From the NCBI RefSeq assembly GCF_009914755.1, contig NC_060929.1: DNA of 64,000 nucleotides, one strand, 5' to 3'. Source of the DNA: the human T2T-CHM13v2.0 reference genome, Homo sapiens. The position numbers and the translations under genes were made by a program. The notes below the pieces were generated by a model, which did not search any database, had not been told where the DNA came from, and saw only the letters and a list, made by a program, of their open reading frames with translations. Below are positions 42,075 to 56,345 of the stretch, in pieces; the stretch's first letter is position 1; each line of letters opens with the position of its first letter.

Positions 42075-43005
42075 AAAACTGGTAAACTCCACATAACAAA
42101 ATGTATCATCTTAACCATTCTTAAGTCTACAGATCAGTGGCATTAAGTACCTTCACATTGTTATGCAGCCGTCATTACCATTCACATCTAGAATTCTTTT
42201 TTCCGTCTTACAGAACTGAACCTCTGTGCCCATGGAACAAAACCCTCCGCTCTCTCCTCCCAGCCCCTGGCACTGCCCCTTTCCTTTCTGTCTCCATGAG
42301 TTTGACTGTTGTAGGTGCCTCATGTGAGTAGAAAGTCATGTAGTCTTGTCCTTTTGGGACTGTTTATTTCTTGTAGAAGATTCCGTGTTCTGACTTTTGT
42401 CAGAATTTCCTTTCTTTTTAAGGCTGAATAGCATCCCCTTGTATGCAGATGCCACATTGAGTTCAACATTCATCTGCTGATGGGCACTTGGGTTGCTTCT
42501 GCCTTTTGACTCTTGTGAATAATGCTGCTATGAACATGGATGTACAAGTAATCTCTTCAAGTCCCTCCTTTCAGTCCTTCTGGGTGTATACCCAGAAATG
42601 CAATTGATGGATCATATGGTACTGTTGTCTGAATGTTTGCGTCCTTCCAAAATCCGTATGTTGAAATCTAACCGCCAGTGTGATGGTATTAAGAGGTGGA
42701 CTGTTGGGTGGTAATTAGATCATGAGGGCAGAGCCCTTGAGAATGGGATTACTACCCTTACAAAAGAGGCCCAGGGAGCCCTTTTGTCCTTCCGCCATGT
42801 GAGGGCACAGAAGGCACCGTCTTTGAGGAGCAGGCCCTCTTTAAATACTAACTCTGCCAGCGCCTGGATCTCAGACTTCCCAGCCTCGAAAACTGTCAGC
42901 AATAAATTTCTGTGCTTTATAAGTTATCCAGTTTAAGGTATTTTATTATAGCAGCAGGAATGGACTAAGACATATGGTAGTTCTACTTTTAATTTTTTGA
43001 GGCTG
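42075..43005 (-). mobile_element. Antisense L1MB-type 3' end, split by an MLT1A-type LTR
   Basis: cagtggcattaagtaccttcacattgttatgcagcc...aataatgctgctatgaacat...gatcatatgg|tagttctacttttaattttttgagg. Confidence 0.8.
42620..42972 (+). mobile_element. MaLR solo LTR (MLT1A-like)
   Basis: Ends ...ggactaagaca; 5-bp TSD TATGG at 42615-42619 and 42973-42977; AATAAA at 42901. Confidence 0.85.
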
Positions 43006-46000
43006 CCCACTCAGTTTTGTTAACTTTATCTCAATAATATATTTCAAGTATGTTCTCTTTTCATTTCTACCGTTACTCTTATCACCTGATCACCTGACCT
43101 CACTTCTTGCCCTTTTTCGTTTCACCTAAAACATAAATGTTACCATACTCTCTTGCTTAAATTTCTTTGGCGACTTTCTCTTGGTCAGAGAATAAAATTC
43201 AGCTTCCTCACATGTCCAACAAGACCTTTCGTCTCATAGACGCACATGTACACACATGTGCACACACACGCACACCTATACACCTTCTCTTGGAGCTGTA
43301 CATCAGGTAACATAGGGGCTTTTTTCCCTCTCACTCACCCCTACCTAATAGTCCCCGTCTCATTTCATCAAATACAAATACAAATCCTCATGGGAAAAAT
43401 AAATGTATTCAGTGAGCTCATGGAAGGGAGGAGAGAGCAGAATAAATCTTGGTCTAGTTAGCAAGTATTTCCACACAGAGGCTCCCATCAGGTCAGCTGA
43501 AAAGTCCAGTTAGATGAACTCAAAGGAACGCTGAAGACCCACAAGGAACTGTCCAGGAACTCACTGAAAGCACCTTAAACAGATTGTAACAGGAATGATG
43601 ATTGCAGATATACTGTTGAACTTAAAAATGGGATAGAGGAACTGCAGACAACACAGGTGTTTTAAACCGTAGGCTCGGTAGAGAAAGCAGCGAGTCTCCG
43701 CAGATGGCCGGCACTGAGAGCCAGCAAGAAGCGGAGGAGATGGGCCTTCAGCAGGGGGTTGCGGGGGGAGCTTTAAACTGAGCCCTGTAAACATGGCAGA
43801 ACTGCTCAGTGGGAGACTCTCAGCACAGACGGTCATGGGGAAGTGAGTGCAGTTCATTTGTAATCTTGTTGTCGAGTTCTGGGTTTTTTTTGTTTGTTTC
43901 GTAACTTTAAAGGTATGCACTTTATATAGATTTATTTATTTGCTGGGACCGTTACTCAGAGTTCCTAGAAATGTACACAGCTTTTTTACCAGGGTTACTC
44001 CTCAGAATCACTTGTCACTTCTTTAAATGAATGAATGAATGTGCCAGGCCCTATGCCTGGAGGTTGGGAGCTTCATCTACATCACATTCTAACAGGTGAC
44101 CACTGGGGTAAGCACTGTGTGACTGCAAAGCCAGGGTGTGTTTCCATCAACACCCAGATGACCGTGCCTATGTGCCCCTGTTGTCCTCCCTCCAGGACTG
44201 CCTCCTCACCCCACCCCTTTCTGCAGCTCCTCATCTAAACATCTCGCCTGGTGAGGTCACGGCTTAGCCTGTTGGCCAGTGGCCCCACCACCATCCTTCC
44301 CCCTGTGCAGATTGGAGGAGGCCAGGTCTCTCCCCTTAGCTCCTATGTCCCCTTCACCCCCCATGGCACAGATGAGACATTCACAGAGTTTGCAGATGAT
44401 GGAAGAGAAGACTCCAGGTTGCCAGGTGTGTCCACTCTCAGGAACCCCCAGCCCAAGCCTCACTGCTCGTGTTCCCAGCCAACCCCAGCACGGGGGATAC
44501 GCCGGTGCTGTTTCCCTGCTCAGAATACAACCAGTTACCAGAAACGACCTCACCCCTCCAACCACTTTCCAAGGTGCCAGGACAGAGAAGCCCTTCACTG
44601 GCCCACCCAGGGCAGTTGACAGAGGGATGCCCTCCTTGGAGGGGAGCCTCACCTCTACCCACAGGGCCGCGGCCTTGTCCTGGATTCTCACCGGGGCAGT
44701 CACGTCAGGATGGAGAGGTCCCATGTCAGCCAGTTCTTTGGTGGGGGTCATGTAGTCTGAAATGACCTGCCGATGGTCCAGGCTGAGCCAGGGAAGCTGA
44801 GCCTGGGTGCCTTTTTGGTGCCTACTCTGACTTGAGTTGGATTCATGCCACAGACCCACCTTCTTGAGCAACAACACATATAGCCACCAACACAAGAGCC
44901 AGCCACACACTGAGCAGAGAAAGTCCCTGTCGCCTCACCACCCAAAAACTCCAGCTTTGCAGAGACCAAGGTTCTTCTCTACCTTTGCAGAAGCCTCTGT
45001 GACCAAACCCGGAGCTTGCCCTTCTGAGGCCTCTAGCATTTCTCCAGGTGTTTTTCAGAGGACTTGGTTTAAATTTGTTCACCCCAAATGTGGTCTTTCC
45101 CGGATCATGAAAGGATCTGCCGCAAAGGTGAATCTGAGTCTCCTCAGAGTCATATGAGACTGAAACTGCTTATAACATTTCCGTGACCTAATAAGTCTTC
45201 CAAAAATGTAGGGTATTAAGAGTTTAGTGACATTAAAAAGTTTAGTCGAAAATATCGTGATTCAGGTATATTTAGACATTTGATTCATGCCAAATTGCCA
45301 CTGTTATCAGAAAACACACCCCAAGCACATTAATGCCTAGATATTTCAAACCCTTTTCTGCCCACACATTCTTAAAAATAATATACTGAGAAATCTATAT
45401 ACAGGTTTTTTTTTAATTAGCTTGGAAAAGAGCAGTTGTATTCTGTTTGAACAGCTGCTAATGTCAATTCCTGTGGGAAGAAAGACCAAAGAACATGGAG
45501 TTACACCAAGAATTTTAAAACAAAGACGCTGTCCCTTTCCTGAGCACCGTGCAGCCAAGACTGAGAGATCAGTCTGAGACCTGTGATTAAGGAGTGTTTT
45601 CTACATAGCGTATAATTATGGAGCCACACAAGTGGGCCATTACTCTGTTGAGTGCTTCATGTTTGAGGTATTTTCGTGTTCCAACTTTACATTAAAGTGT
45701 TTATTAAAACAGGAAAAATCCACGAGCAGGTATTGACACTATCCATATTAGATCATCACAAAATTATATATATAGCAGAGTCATAAACAATGAGAAACGG
45801 TCTTCCCACACTTGCTTTAAATGGCCATGACCTAGTGTTTAGGGAAAGCAGTAAAATCAGCGAGGAGCTCGTGGGAAAAATGAGACGGGCCCTGAGGGGG
45901 TGACTCATGGGCCAAGCAGGGCCACACAGGTACCAGGCCGCCACGTCCTCTCCTGCCTCTCACTCTCTGGAGACTGGACTTCCTTTACTGCCTCCTTTCT

Positions 46001-46654
46001 GACATTTCCTAGACATCAGACTTTGCTACTTAGTACACAAACGGGGTTCCCTTTTAAATTTGTTCACTCTAGTTAGCATTTGCAGAAGCTGTGAAAAATT
46101 ACAGAGAGATGATGTGTTGGGTAAGAGATGGTTTAAAAGTCCAGCTTGCTGTTTTTCATTAAGTGTCTTGAAAATGAGTAAGTGGCGTTCCTGGAGGGGA
46201 ACAATCATATAATTCCGCAGGGTGGGTCTAAACTTGTTTTCTGATAGTGTTTAGCAGCTCATGGCTCTGAGGGCACCTGATAACACAGCAGCCAGGCGCT
46301 GATGAGAAGTGTGTGCCAGACAGACCCGAGTGTGGCTTGGCTCTTGCCTTATGTTCCTTTCTCTGTTCAGAGAAGCGTGAGATGAGATTTTGTGATTATA
46401 TTGTACTCCTTGGGCTGACTTTCCCATGCACAGAATGTTTTACACATCCTGATAGCTGAGCTGAAAATGCAAAGAGAAGGGAAAATGCCTTAAATTGTTC
46501 TGGCTAATTTAGAAGCAGCAGGCCTTGGAAGTCTTTGTCCTGTGTCCCTGAACAAATCTTATGGGAGCTCTGGTACCTATGCCAGAAAATGCACATAGGC
46601 ACAACACTTTTACATACACGTTCACACACCCCACCCATATGGAGAACTTTTTTC

Positions 46655-47290
46655 TAAATAAGAGAAAGAAAAATTTTAAGACTTACAAGTTATGTTTAGG
46701 TATTTTACATGGTTCAGAAAACAAGACATGAAGCGGTATAAACTGAGAAGTCTTGTTCCCACAACCCCACGTGCCAGGTACACATAACCATTTTTATTCA
46801 CCTCTAGCTTGTGCTTCCAATGTTTGTTAGGCATATGTAAATAAGTGAATAGATAAGCATTTCTCCCTCCTTTTGCTGACATGAGTGGTGGCATGTTTTG
46901 CCCCTGGCTTTTATCCCTTGACCCCATTCCAGTACCTAGAGACCTGCTTCATTTTTTTAGATGTGTAATACTTCATGTGTGCGTGTGCCTTAGTGATTAA
47001 CTCGTGCACTGTGCAGGGACATCGGGCTGGGATCAGTTTGTTCACTGATATATACAGCGCTGCGGGAGATACCCTCACATGTGTATCATTTGGTCCATGT
47101 GCAGGTGTGTCTGGAAGATAGAATTCTAGGCGTAGAATTGATAGGTTAAATGTATTTATAGGGAAAAAATCAATATAAAACTTTGCGTGTAATGATATTT
47201 GCGTGCTTTTTTTTTTAATTTTTTTACCCAAATAGCAAAAAAAAAAAAAAAAAAAATTGTCCTTTTTGAATGGGCCTCTTTAAATCCATT
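46655..47290 (-). mobile_element. Decayed antisense L1M fragment containing a 20-nt A run
   Basis: L1 3'-like antisense text (gacctgcttcattttttt...agatagaattctagg...gaattgataggtt); boundaries approximate. Confidence 0.5.
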
Positions 47291-47647
47291 CATATAAATT
47301 ATATCTTGAGTCTCTGTGTGACCTGTCTGGGAGGTGAGGTTTGGATGGATGTTTTCCCACAGAATTACAAGAGCATGCAATGAAATATTTATGTAAATCA
47401 TCTTTCATCAACATTTTTGCGCTTTTATTTTAGGGATTCTCCACATAACAAATAAATGGCAGTGATTTCCAAAGAGCAAGTAACTTCCCTTCCCTCAGTA
47501 TGTATATAAAATAGCTTTCATGGTGCCCCATACGCCTTCCATCCTTGCAAAGTTCTTCGTGAATCCAAGCTATGCAGTTGCAAGAGATACATTCACAAGG
47601 CTGGGCTGTTGATGGCTCTCCTAGTGGGCCTTGGAGTCTCTGTATAA

Positions 47648-48049
<402 letters not shown>

Positions 48050-48725
48050 TGAATAAGACAGTTTTTAAAGCTCTCCCAAATCTAACTTCCTTCCTTCCTG
48101 ACACTGTGGAAGAGTTTTGAAGGGGACAGAAAAAGGCATGGGGGTAGGAGGCTACCCTTTGAGCTCTTGCCCCTGTGGCCACCTCTCCCAGGAGAACATC
48201 CTCACGCCCCTTTCTGGGGTTCTGTGTGGCTCATGCTGGGCTGGCTGCCTGGGGCTTCTGAGACGTGTTCAGGGTCTGCCCTGCTTCATCGTGGTCTGAC
48301 CAGCAGTGGCTGGAACACCTCAGACTTCAGGCAATTGGTCATTCCACATCACAGACTATTCAGGGGGCATCATCTTCCCGAAACCTTTCTAGCCAAACGT
48401 AGGACAGGGCCCCCAAAGTGTTTATTATTTGAAGGTCCTTTCAAACATTCGAGAGGACAGTAAACAGGCTCGTTTGCCTTGGCTGCATTGCACGGCGGCT
48501 CTGGAATTCTTTATTATTTTTGTCAAGAAATGAAGCCCTGTGTGTTCAATCTCATCTATTCTCTCCCCAACCCCTTTTCAGGAGTCTGTAGAATTTGAAT
48601 GCTAGAGGGGAAGAATATTAAAGTTCTGTTCTTAGATATAGATGTGTTTCCTACTGTCTCAAAAACATTTAGATCATTTCAGTCCTGTATCATGGAGAAG
48701 ATTATTAACAGAAGGGGGAGAAGGG

Positions 48726-49095
48726 TGTATTCATCTGCTGGCTGCCATAGCAAAATCCCAGAGCCTGGGGGATTAAACAACAGACATTTATTCTCTCACA
48801 GTTCTGCAAGCCAGAAGAAGTCTAGAAGGAGTCAGCAGGGTCGGCTTCCTCTGGGGCCTCTGTCCTTGGCTTGCAGATGGCCACCCTCTTGCTGATTCTC
48901 CATATAGCTGTCTATCTCCCTATTTCCTTTTCTGTAAGAACACCAGTCAGGTTGGATCAGCACCCACCCTAAGAGCCTCATTTTAATTTAATCACCTCCT
49001 TAAAAGACCTTGTTTCCAAATACAGTCACATTCTGAGATACTGGGGATTTGAACTTCAACATGGATTTTAGGGGGACACACTTCAGCCCATAGCA
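48726..49095 (-). mobile_element. MaLR solo LTR (MLT1B-like)
   Basis: tgtatt...ttaaacaacagacatttattctctcacagttctg...caaatacagtcacattctgag...cagcccatagca. Confidence 0.85.
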
Positions 49096-51765
49096 AGGGG
49101 GCCATTGGAGCCTTAAGAAATTAACAGTAGTAACAGAGAGCATGGGGTGCGGACTTGCCATTGCCAGCCACAGTGCTGTTCTCTATGTTCCACCCTCAAG
49201 ATACCCTCATGACAACGTAGACATACACCATTATCATCCCCATTTTAGGGTAGGAAAAGGGAAGCACAGAAAAATCACGTAACCAAACATAGCAGGGGAC
49301 GTAAAGTGAGATTTTCAAAGCAGCAGTCAGACTTAAGATAGCCACTGTACATACTGCTGTCTGTGCACGTTGGAAGAAACCTTTGGTGCAGGGAGGAAGC
49401 TGAAGCCCGTAGAGACAAACTCAGTTGCCCAAGGCCAGACATCGTTTATGGAAGAGCTAATTCTAGAACCTGGTGTCCTAAGTTCGCTGCACTCTGGCTT
49501 TGCCCATTCTTGAGAGGCCATGGGCCCTCCAACATTTCGTCTCTATGAAAAAGATCAAGTTTCAGATTTCCAGTTTGAATTGTGATCTAATAATTCCAAA
49601 TGCATTCCACTGCCCAGAGAAGTCATCTTAATGGAAATCTTTTTTTCATCTTTGGGGGCCAGATTTCTCCTCTTCCTACTCCCCTAGTTGATTACAGAAC
49701 TTTACTCACAATGAGCATGTTATGTATGAGTGAATAAATGGAAAAAGCAATCACAAAGGAAAAGCCATTTTTTCTTTATCAGTTTGCATCCAGGAGTAAA
49801 AGATTTTTGCCCCAAAACTATTATTCTGCCCCCTTTCCTAAATCAAAATCAGCTGCTTGTTCTCCTTTGCTCTTCCTTAAAGGAGCTGAAGAATTCAACT
49901 TCCTGTCAGCTCCCCGCCACCATCAACCCTGTGAATTTTAGCCCTATATCTCTCATTCTCTGAAGTTTAAGAGAAATGGGACATCAAAAGCACATGTTGG
50001 CAGTCAAGAGTTAGCTACATGGCTCTTAATTTTTTGAGCACTGTTGTTTTTGTTACTTTTTTGAGAAACACGATTTGTGAGGTTACCATATCACGTTGCA
50101 GTTCTGTAAATAATCCACAATGCTGGTGCAAACAGAGAATGTCACATAGTTAAAGTGAAATGTAAAAAAGGAGTATTTGAATGTTTGGTTTGTTAAAGAA
50201 AGAGAAAAACTCACATAGTTTGTGAAAAGATAGTAAATAAAGCAATGAAAAGGAGCCTATCGAATTCTTGGCACCCACATGAAGAGTTTGAATGCCTCCA
50301 TAAAGGTGCTTTTGTGGATTGGCAACTGTGCTAGAAAGCAGCAGGAACTCCTGTGCTGAATGGAGCCCTAAGAAGCAGGGGTTTCGTCATCCCTTTCCCT
50401 CCAGAGCAGGAGGTATTATCTATGGGGTAAAGAAACCGGAGAAAACTTCCTCTGAACAGGAGTATCTTTGTGCATGGAACCTGAGAGACTCAATCCTGGT
50501 GGTGCAGCTGTGCTTGAAGCCAGCACTGTGGACATATTGTGCAGAGCGGAAACGCATGGGGAAGAAAACAAGGGCCAGGGAGGTGGCGAAAGGAAAACAG
50601 TCCAGAATTACTACTTTAAAAAAATGGTATGACATTTCAGGGGCCCAGCATCCTCAGCTGCAGAGCTGTGTGCTCCTTTTAATAATTGGGGTTTGAGGAC
50701 TGACTTCAAGGTAGAATACTGAAATTTTATCAGTATTAATCAAGTCTCAGAAAACACTCCTGATTTTTAGAGGAAATTATAATATTCCTAATCATTATAT
50801 CATTCAAGATCTAATCTCAGAATTCAGCTAATGTTGTTTTATATATCCAGTATTTTGATTTTGATTTTAAGGATCTTTTCATTCTATATTAATTGCTTAA
50901 TTATAAATATATGTTTACTCAAAAAGCATCATAATTTCAATAGAAAGACTTCAGGTCCTTTGGCTCATCTTAATTTTAGCCTTAAGTATATTTCTAGTCT
51001 TCATTTTTAAAGCACCATTTGTATATTGATCCTTTTTACTGCTTTTGTTTTAGACTCCTTTTGGCAGAAATTACTTGTCTCATTTTTTATGGGCAGATTA
51101 ATAACAGACACTTGAAATTGAAGTCCAAATTTTAAATATTTGAGAAATAATTGTTACAAGAGAAGGCTACATAAAAAGTAAATTTCGTGGGCATTAACTT
51201 TGACCATGACCATATGAGCTGCTTTTCAACTAATCTAAATAAAAATACTTTAATTTTCACGAAAATAAGATTGACTATTGTAATTTTGTTCATTCTTTTG
51301 TCCCACAAAAGTATGTGGAAAAATACATTTTGTATTGTGTTCCTTCAGTACATTTTTTTCGATAATCATAAACCCCTTTATTTACAGATCTTTAATTTGT
51401 CTGATACGTTTCTTTTTCTACAAAGATCTTCTCTGACTTTACCTACTTTTTTCTGGTAACTTTTTCATACTCTCAGTTTCTTTAGCTATTTGCATTTAAA
51501 TAACACAACACTCAGTTTTTTTTTTATTTTTAAAAACAATTATGAAATAATTTTGGACCTACAGAAAAGTGACAAAAATAGTTCAGAGAATTTCTGTACA
51601 CCCTGTACCCAGCTCCCCCAATAGTAACATCTCACATACGGTGATGAAAATCGGGCATGAACCCGAATGCAGTGCTCTTAACTAAGCCCTGGGCCTTATC
51701 CTGGATTTTGCTTTCATGTCCTCTCTCTGGCTTAATAGTCAATTAAGAATCCACATTGTATTTAT

Positions 51766-51841
51766 TTAGGTTGATGCAAAAGTAATTGCAGTTTTTGCCA
51801 TTTCAGTGGCAAAAGGCACAATTACTTTTGCACCGACTTAA
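51766..51841. mobile_element. MADE1 (Hsmar1 mariner-derived MITE)
   Basis: ttaggttgatgcaaaagtaattgcagtttttgcca-tttcag-tggcaaaaggcacaattacttttgcaccgacttaa; long terminal inverted repeats, TA at the flanks. Confidence 0.93.
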
Positions 51842-52120
51842 TAATTTCCCCCAATCTGTAGCAGCTCTTCAGTCTTTTTTCTTCTTCATGACCTTGACAA
51901 TTTTAAGGCATACTGGTCCTTTCTGTCATAAGATGCCTCCCAATTTGAGTTTATCTAATAGTAAATAAAGCAGTGTTTTCTCTTAAATTTAGCTCATGCA
52001 TGTTGGGCAAGAACAGCACTGATGCTATTGTGCCCTTCTCCGTGCATCACGTCAGGGGTACAGGGTATCCTGAGACGTCTCCCTGTCGGTGTGTGGACCT
52101 TGGTCACCTGGCTAAAGTAG

Positions 52121-52444
52121 TGTCGCAGGACTTTTCCTTAGTTCAGCTAAAGACAGGGTCCTCATCCATCCCATGGCCACGAAAATTTAGGCTTGCAGAT
52201 GGTTTGAAGGCTGAGTACAGCAGGGTTTTATTGGGTGAAAAGGGAAAAAAAGGGGGAAAGAAGGATCCTCCACGAGGCCGGACTCCCTGCTAGAGCACCC
52301 GCAGTTTGAATCCCAGGTTCCACACAGGAAGAGGAGAAGCTGAGCTCCTCCCCGCTGCAAAGGGTGCAGACTTCCCGAGGCTCCACCACAATGTGCAGGC
52401 TGGTTGGAGTGTTTCCAGGGACCCCCTTTCACCTCGCTGTCTCA
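52121..52444 (-). mobile_element. ERV1-class solo LTR (MER48-like)
   Basis: TG...CA termini, 4-bp TSD GTAG (52117-52120 and 52445-52448), minus-strand AATAAA near 52226; family name from memory. Confidence 0.8.
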
Positions 52445-53128
52445 GTAGCATCTGCAGCATTTCCCCCACTGTAAAGTTACTGTTTTTCTCTTTGTAATTA
52501 ATAAATACCTTGTGGGGAAATATTTTTGAACTGTGCAATACTCTGTTTCTCATCCTACCTTTACCCTCTAATTTTGGCATCCCTCAGTAGTTCTTGCCTA
52601 CAACACTATAGTGCTTACCTAATGGTATTTCATAGTTTCCTCATTCCTTCTGAATTTATCAGTTGGAATTCTTCTATAAGAGCTGTCCCTCTGCCATTCT
52701 TTACTTATATCAGTTGGAGTCGTGGATACTTATTGTGTGGATCATAACCCAGTGCTGTCATTGTTTTCTTCTTAGATTGTTCCAGCTGTGGCTATCAGGA
52801 GCCCTGTCTGTGAACTTCTGACGTGCTCCCAACTTGTTTTAGAGCACTCCTTTACTTTCTGGCACTATAGGATGTACCAGGCTCATATTGTATTTTGCCT
52901 GCCACAGTCCTGGAGTCAGCCATTTCTCCAAGAAGCCCTCCTGGTCCGTTTTGTTGGAGAATGGTCTTAGAAACTAAGGTTTGGGTGCTAGGTATGCTCA
53001 TTGCTGTGTGTTGCCATGGCTTCAGGCCCTCTTAGCAGATGTGTGTGTACCAACCCATGCATACATAAACATCTGTATTTTCTGTTTCCCCTCCTCCATC
53101 CTCCCCTGCCCCCATCTCCGTCTCTTCT

Positions 53129-54020
53129 TGTATTCATCTGTTTTCACACTGCTGAGACTAGGCAATTTACAAAAGAAAGAGGTTTATTGGACTTACAGTT
53201 CCATGTGACTGGGGAGGCGTCACAATCTTGATGGAAGGCAAGGAGGAACAAGTCACATCTTACATGGATGGCAGCAGGCAAAGCAAGAGAGAGCTTGTGT
53301 AGGGGAACTCCTCTTTGTAAAACCGTCAGGTCTTATGAGACTTATTCACTGTCACAAGTACAGCACGGGAAAAACTTGCCCCCATGATTCAATTACTTCC
53401 CACCAGGTCCCTCCCACAACACGTGGGAATTCAAGATGAGATTTGGGTGGGGACACAGCCAAACCGTATCATTCCACCCCTGGTCCCTCCCAAATCTCAT
53501 GTCATCACCTTTCAAAAGCAATCATACTTTCCAAACAGTCCCCCAAAGTCTTATTTCAGCAATAACTCAAAAGTCCACAGTCAAAAGTCTCATCCAAAAC
53601 AAGGCAAGTCCCTTCCACCTATGAGCCTGTAAAATCAAAAGCAGGTTAGTTACTTCCTAGATACGATGGGGGTATAGATATTGGGTAAATACAGCCATTC
53701 CAAATGGAAGAAATTGGCCAAAACAAAGGGGCTACAGACCCCATGCAAGTCTGAAATCCAGCAGAGCAGTCAAATCTTAAAACTCAGAAATGATCTCCTT
53801 TGACTCCATGTCTCACATCCAGGTCACGCTGATAGGTGGGTTCCCATGGTCTTGGACAGCTCTGCCTCTGTGGCTTGGCAGGGCAAAGCCTCCCTCCTGG
53901 TTGCTTTCACGGACTGGCATTGTTTGCAGCTTTTCCAGGCTCACGGTGCAAGCTGTGTCAGTGGGTCTGCCATTCTGCGGGTCTGGAGGGTGGTGGCCCT
54001 CTTCTCACAGCTCCACTAGG
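53129..54020 (-). mobile_element. THE1 MaLR: 3' LTR (53129-53471) plus truncated internal region (53472-54020)
   Basis: THE1 LTR text ending gatttgggtggggacacagccaaaccgtatca, followed by THE1-int (ttccacccctgg...cacagctccactagg); no second LTR. Confidence 0.92.
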
Positions 54021-54487
54021 CTCCTGTATGTGTGTGTATGACTTTACATCATACTGAAGTGTCTGCAATCTATCAACAAAGGCTTTATTCTAACCTTCTT
54101 CCTTTCCTCATTTGTAACCTCTTTCTTTGATAGTAAGACACTTGGATTTCATTCTCTGGAATGTGATTATTTGTTCCATCCTATTCTAAAAGTTCTTTTT
54201 TTCCCTCTCCTGTTTGGATATTGAATTTTTTACTAATTATGACTGTGAGACTCAGCTCCACCCATTCTCACTATAGTAGTTTCAGAATTGCTAACCCATA
54301 CTCATGGAAGAAACTTACAGATTTTTTTTCCTTTGGTTTTACAGTATACAATCAAAAAGCTGTTTTTCAAAGTTAGGTTAGTTGTTTTCTTCCCCACCCA
54401 CCTCGGGGTGATGTTGTTCAGCTGGGTTCATTGGTTTCTGCGTATTTATATTCCATTTGGAGTATAGTACCCCTCACACACTCATGC

Positions 54488-54853
54488 CCTGATGAGCTGT
54501 GCCTGGGGCAGCTGTAACAAAGTACCACACACTGCCTGGTTCAAACAACAGAAATTTATTTTCTGGAGACTGAGAGTTAGAGATCAGGGTGTCAGCAGAG
54601 TAGGTTTCTCCTGAGGCCTCTCTTCTTGGCTTGCAGAGGCAAGAACTTTCTTCTGTGCATGTCTGTGCCCTCATCTCCTCTTCCCGTGAGGACACCAGGC
54701 ATATTGGATGAGGACCACCCCCCCCGCCCCAAGGACCTCATTTTAACTCTTTCACCTCTTTAAATTTCCGCCTCAAAGCACAGTCGCATTCCAAGGTCCA
54801 GGGCTTGGGACATCAGCATAGGAATTGGGGAATACACAGTTCAGCCCGTAATC
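54488..54853 (-). mobile_element. MaLR solo LTR (MLT1B/C-like)
   Basis: gctgtaacaaagtaccaca...aaacaacagaaatttatt...gaggcctctcttcttggcttgcag...cacagttcagcccgtaa. Confidence 0.8.
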
Positions 54854-55924
54854 CCACCATCCTGGTAGATTGTAATGATTTGGTTTGGGGCGATGTGAAA
54901 TATGGCCATGATGTTAAGAGTCAGTGCCCAATTTGCTTGACATAGATATCACCCTTTTGTTCCTTCCCAGCATCTCTAGCTTTGGTCCTCAGAGACAAAC
55001 GTTATGTCCTTAAAGCAGCACTATCTTGATGGATCTTCTGTTCTCTCTGTGACATTTTAAATTGTGTGTCCAGCCATCAAAGTAAAATGTCAAAAATTAT
55101 CAAAAATACCAAAAAACAGAAGTTCTTGTTTTCCTTCACAAACTCCGTTAAATTTCTACATTACACGTGTTCTCTTCCGCCAAGTGCCTGTGACGTTTGT
55201 CTCTGACCCACCCCATTCGCTCCATTTTCACATCTCTCTCCTTTCTTTGCAAAATTCAACTCCATCTGCACTAAACCTGTCTCACTGTTTCATTCCTTTT
55301 CGAGGTCCTGTTCATTGACAATTCAGGCTTCTGACATCATTTCCTGACCCCCTTTACTTACTTGCTAATGTTCTCACACGGCAGATAGACTCATTCAGCA
55401 GATCAAATGAGGTTTAAGACTCAAAGCTTTAACCTCATTGTCCCCTTTCTCAAGCCTTTCAGTAGCTTCCAGTTTCCTTTCTGGTTACATCACATTGTCG
55501 CTTCTGTAATTTGTTCCCAGTTAACCAAGTCACCCACCTGTTTTCACCTCCTTCTCCTTCCCACCCTCACGGCCATGGTTTTGAACCAGGGTTTCTTCCC
55601 ACGGTCTGTTGAGGTCACTAACCCCTGTGTCGTCTTCTCCTGAACCGAGTCTGTTCAGATTCTCAGACCAGATCCCTGGCCATGCCACCATGGTAGAAAT
55701 AGGCCTTGGCGTCAAAACTTATTTCCAGGGAAATTTTGCCAGTGATTTGGACTTCCTTCCTTTCCTTTTGCCTCGCCTCCTCTCCCATCGGTCATTTACT
55801 CACCTCCGCATTTCCGCTGGTTCCGCGTTTCTGTCTAGTGGCTCAGGTTGTCGCCCTTCAGGGCATGCCTTTAATTGAGATAATTTCTCTTTACTTACTG
55901 TATAAAATGCCCTGTCCCATCTGA

Positions 55925-56345
<421 letters not shown>

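Larger units (their letters stand above)
51515..54470 (-). mobile_element. Old antisense L1M host element fragmented by MADE1, an ERV1 LTR and THE1 insertions
   Basis: L1M-like text (tatgaaataattttggacctacagaaaagt..., ttcatgaccttgaca, cagccatttctccaagaagccct) resumes across each insertion; boundaries approximate. Confidence 0.6.

Noticed and set aside
44257-44910. 217-aa minus-strand ORF and overlapping 122-158 aa ORFs
   Set aside because: GC-rich intron; no recognisable domain and overlapping frames on both strands are expected by chance
43480-47256. Repeat-poor, 3'UTR-looking stretch ending in a 20-nt A run (possible retrocopy or terminal exon)
   Set aside because: No recognisable ORF, TSD or canonical AATAAA before the A run, which sits inside a decayed L1 fragment; any cDNAs ending here would probably be oligo-dT internal priming
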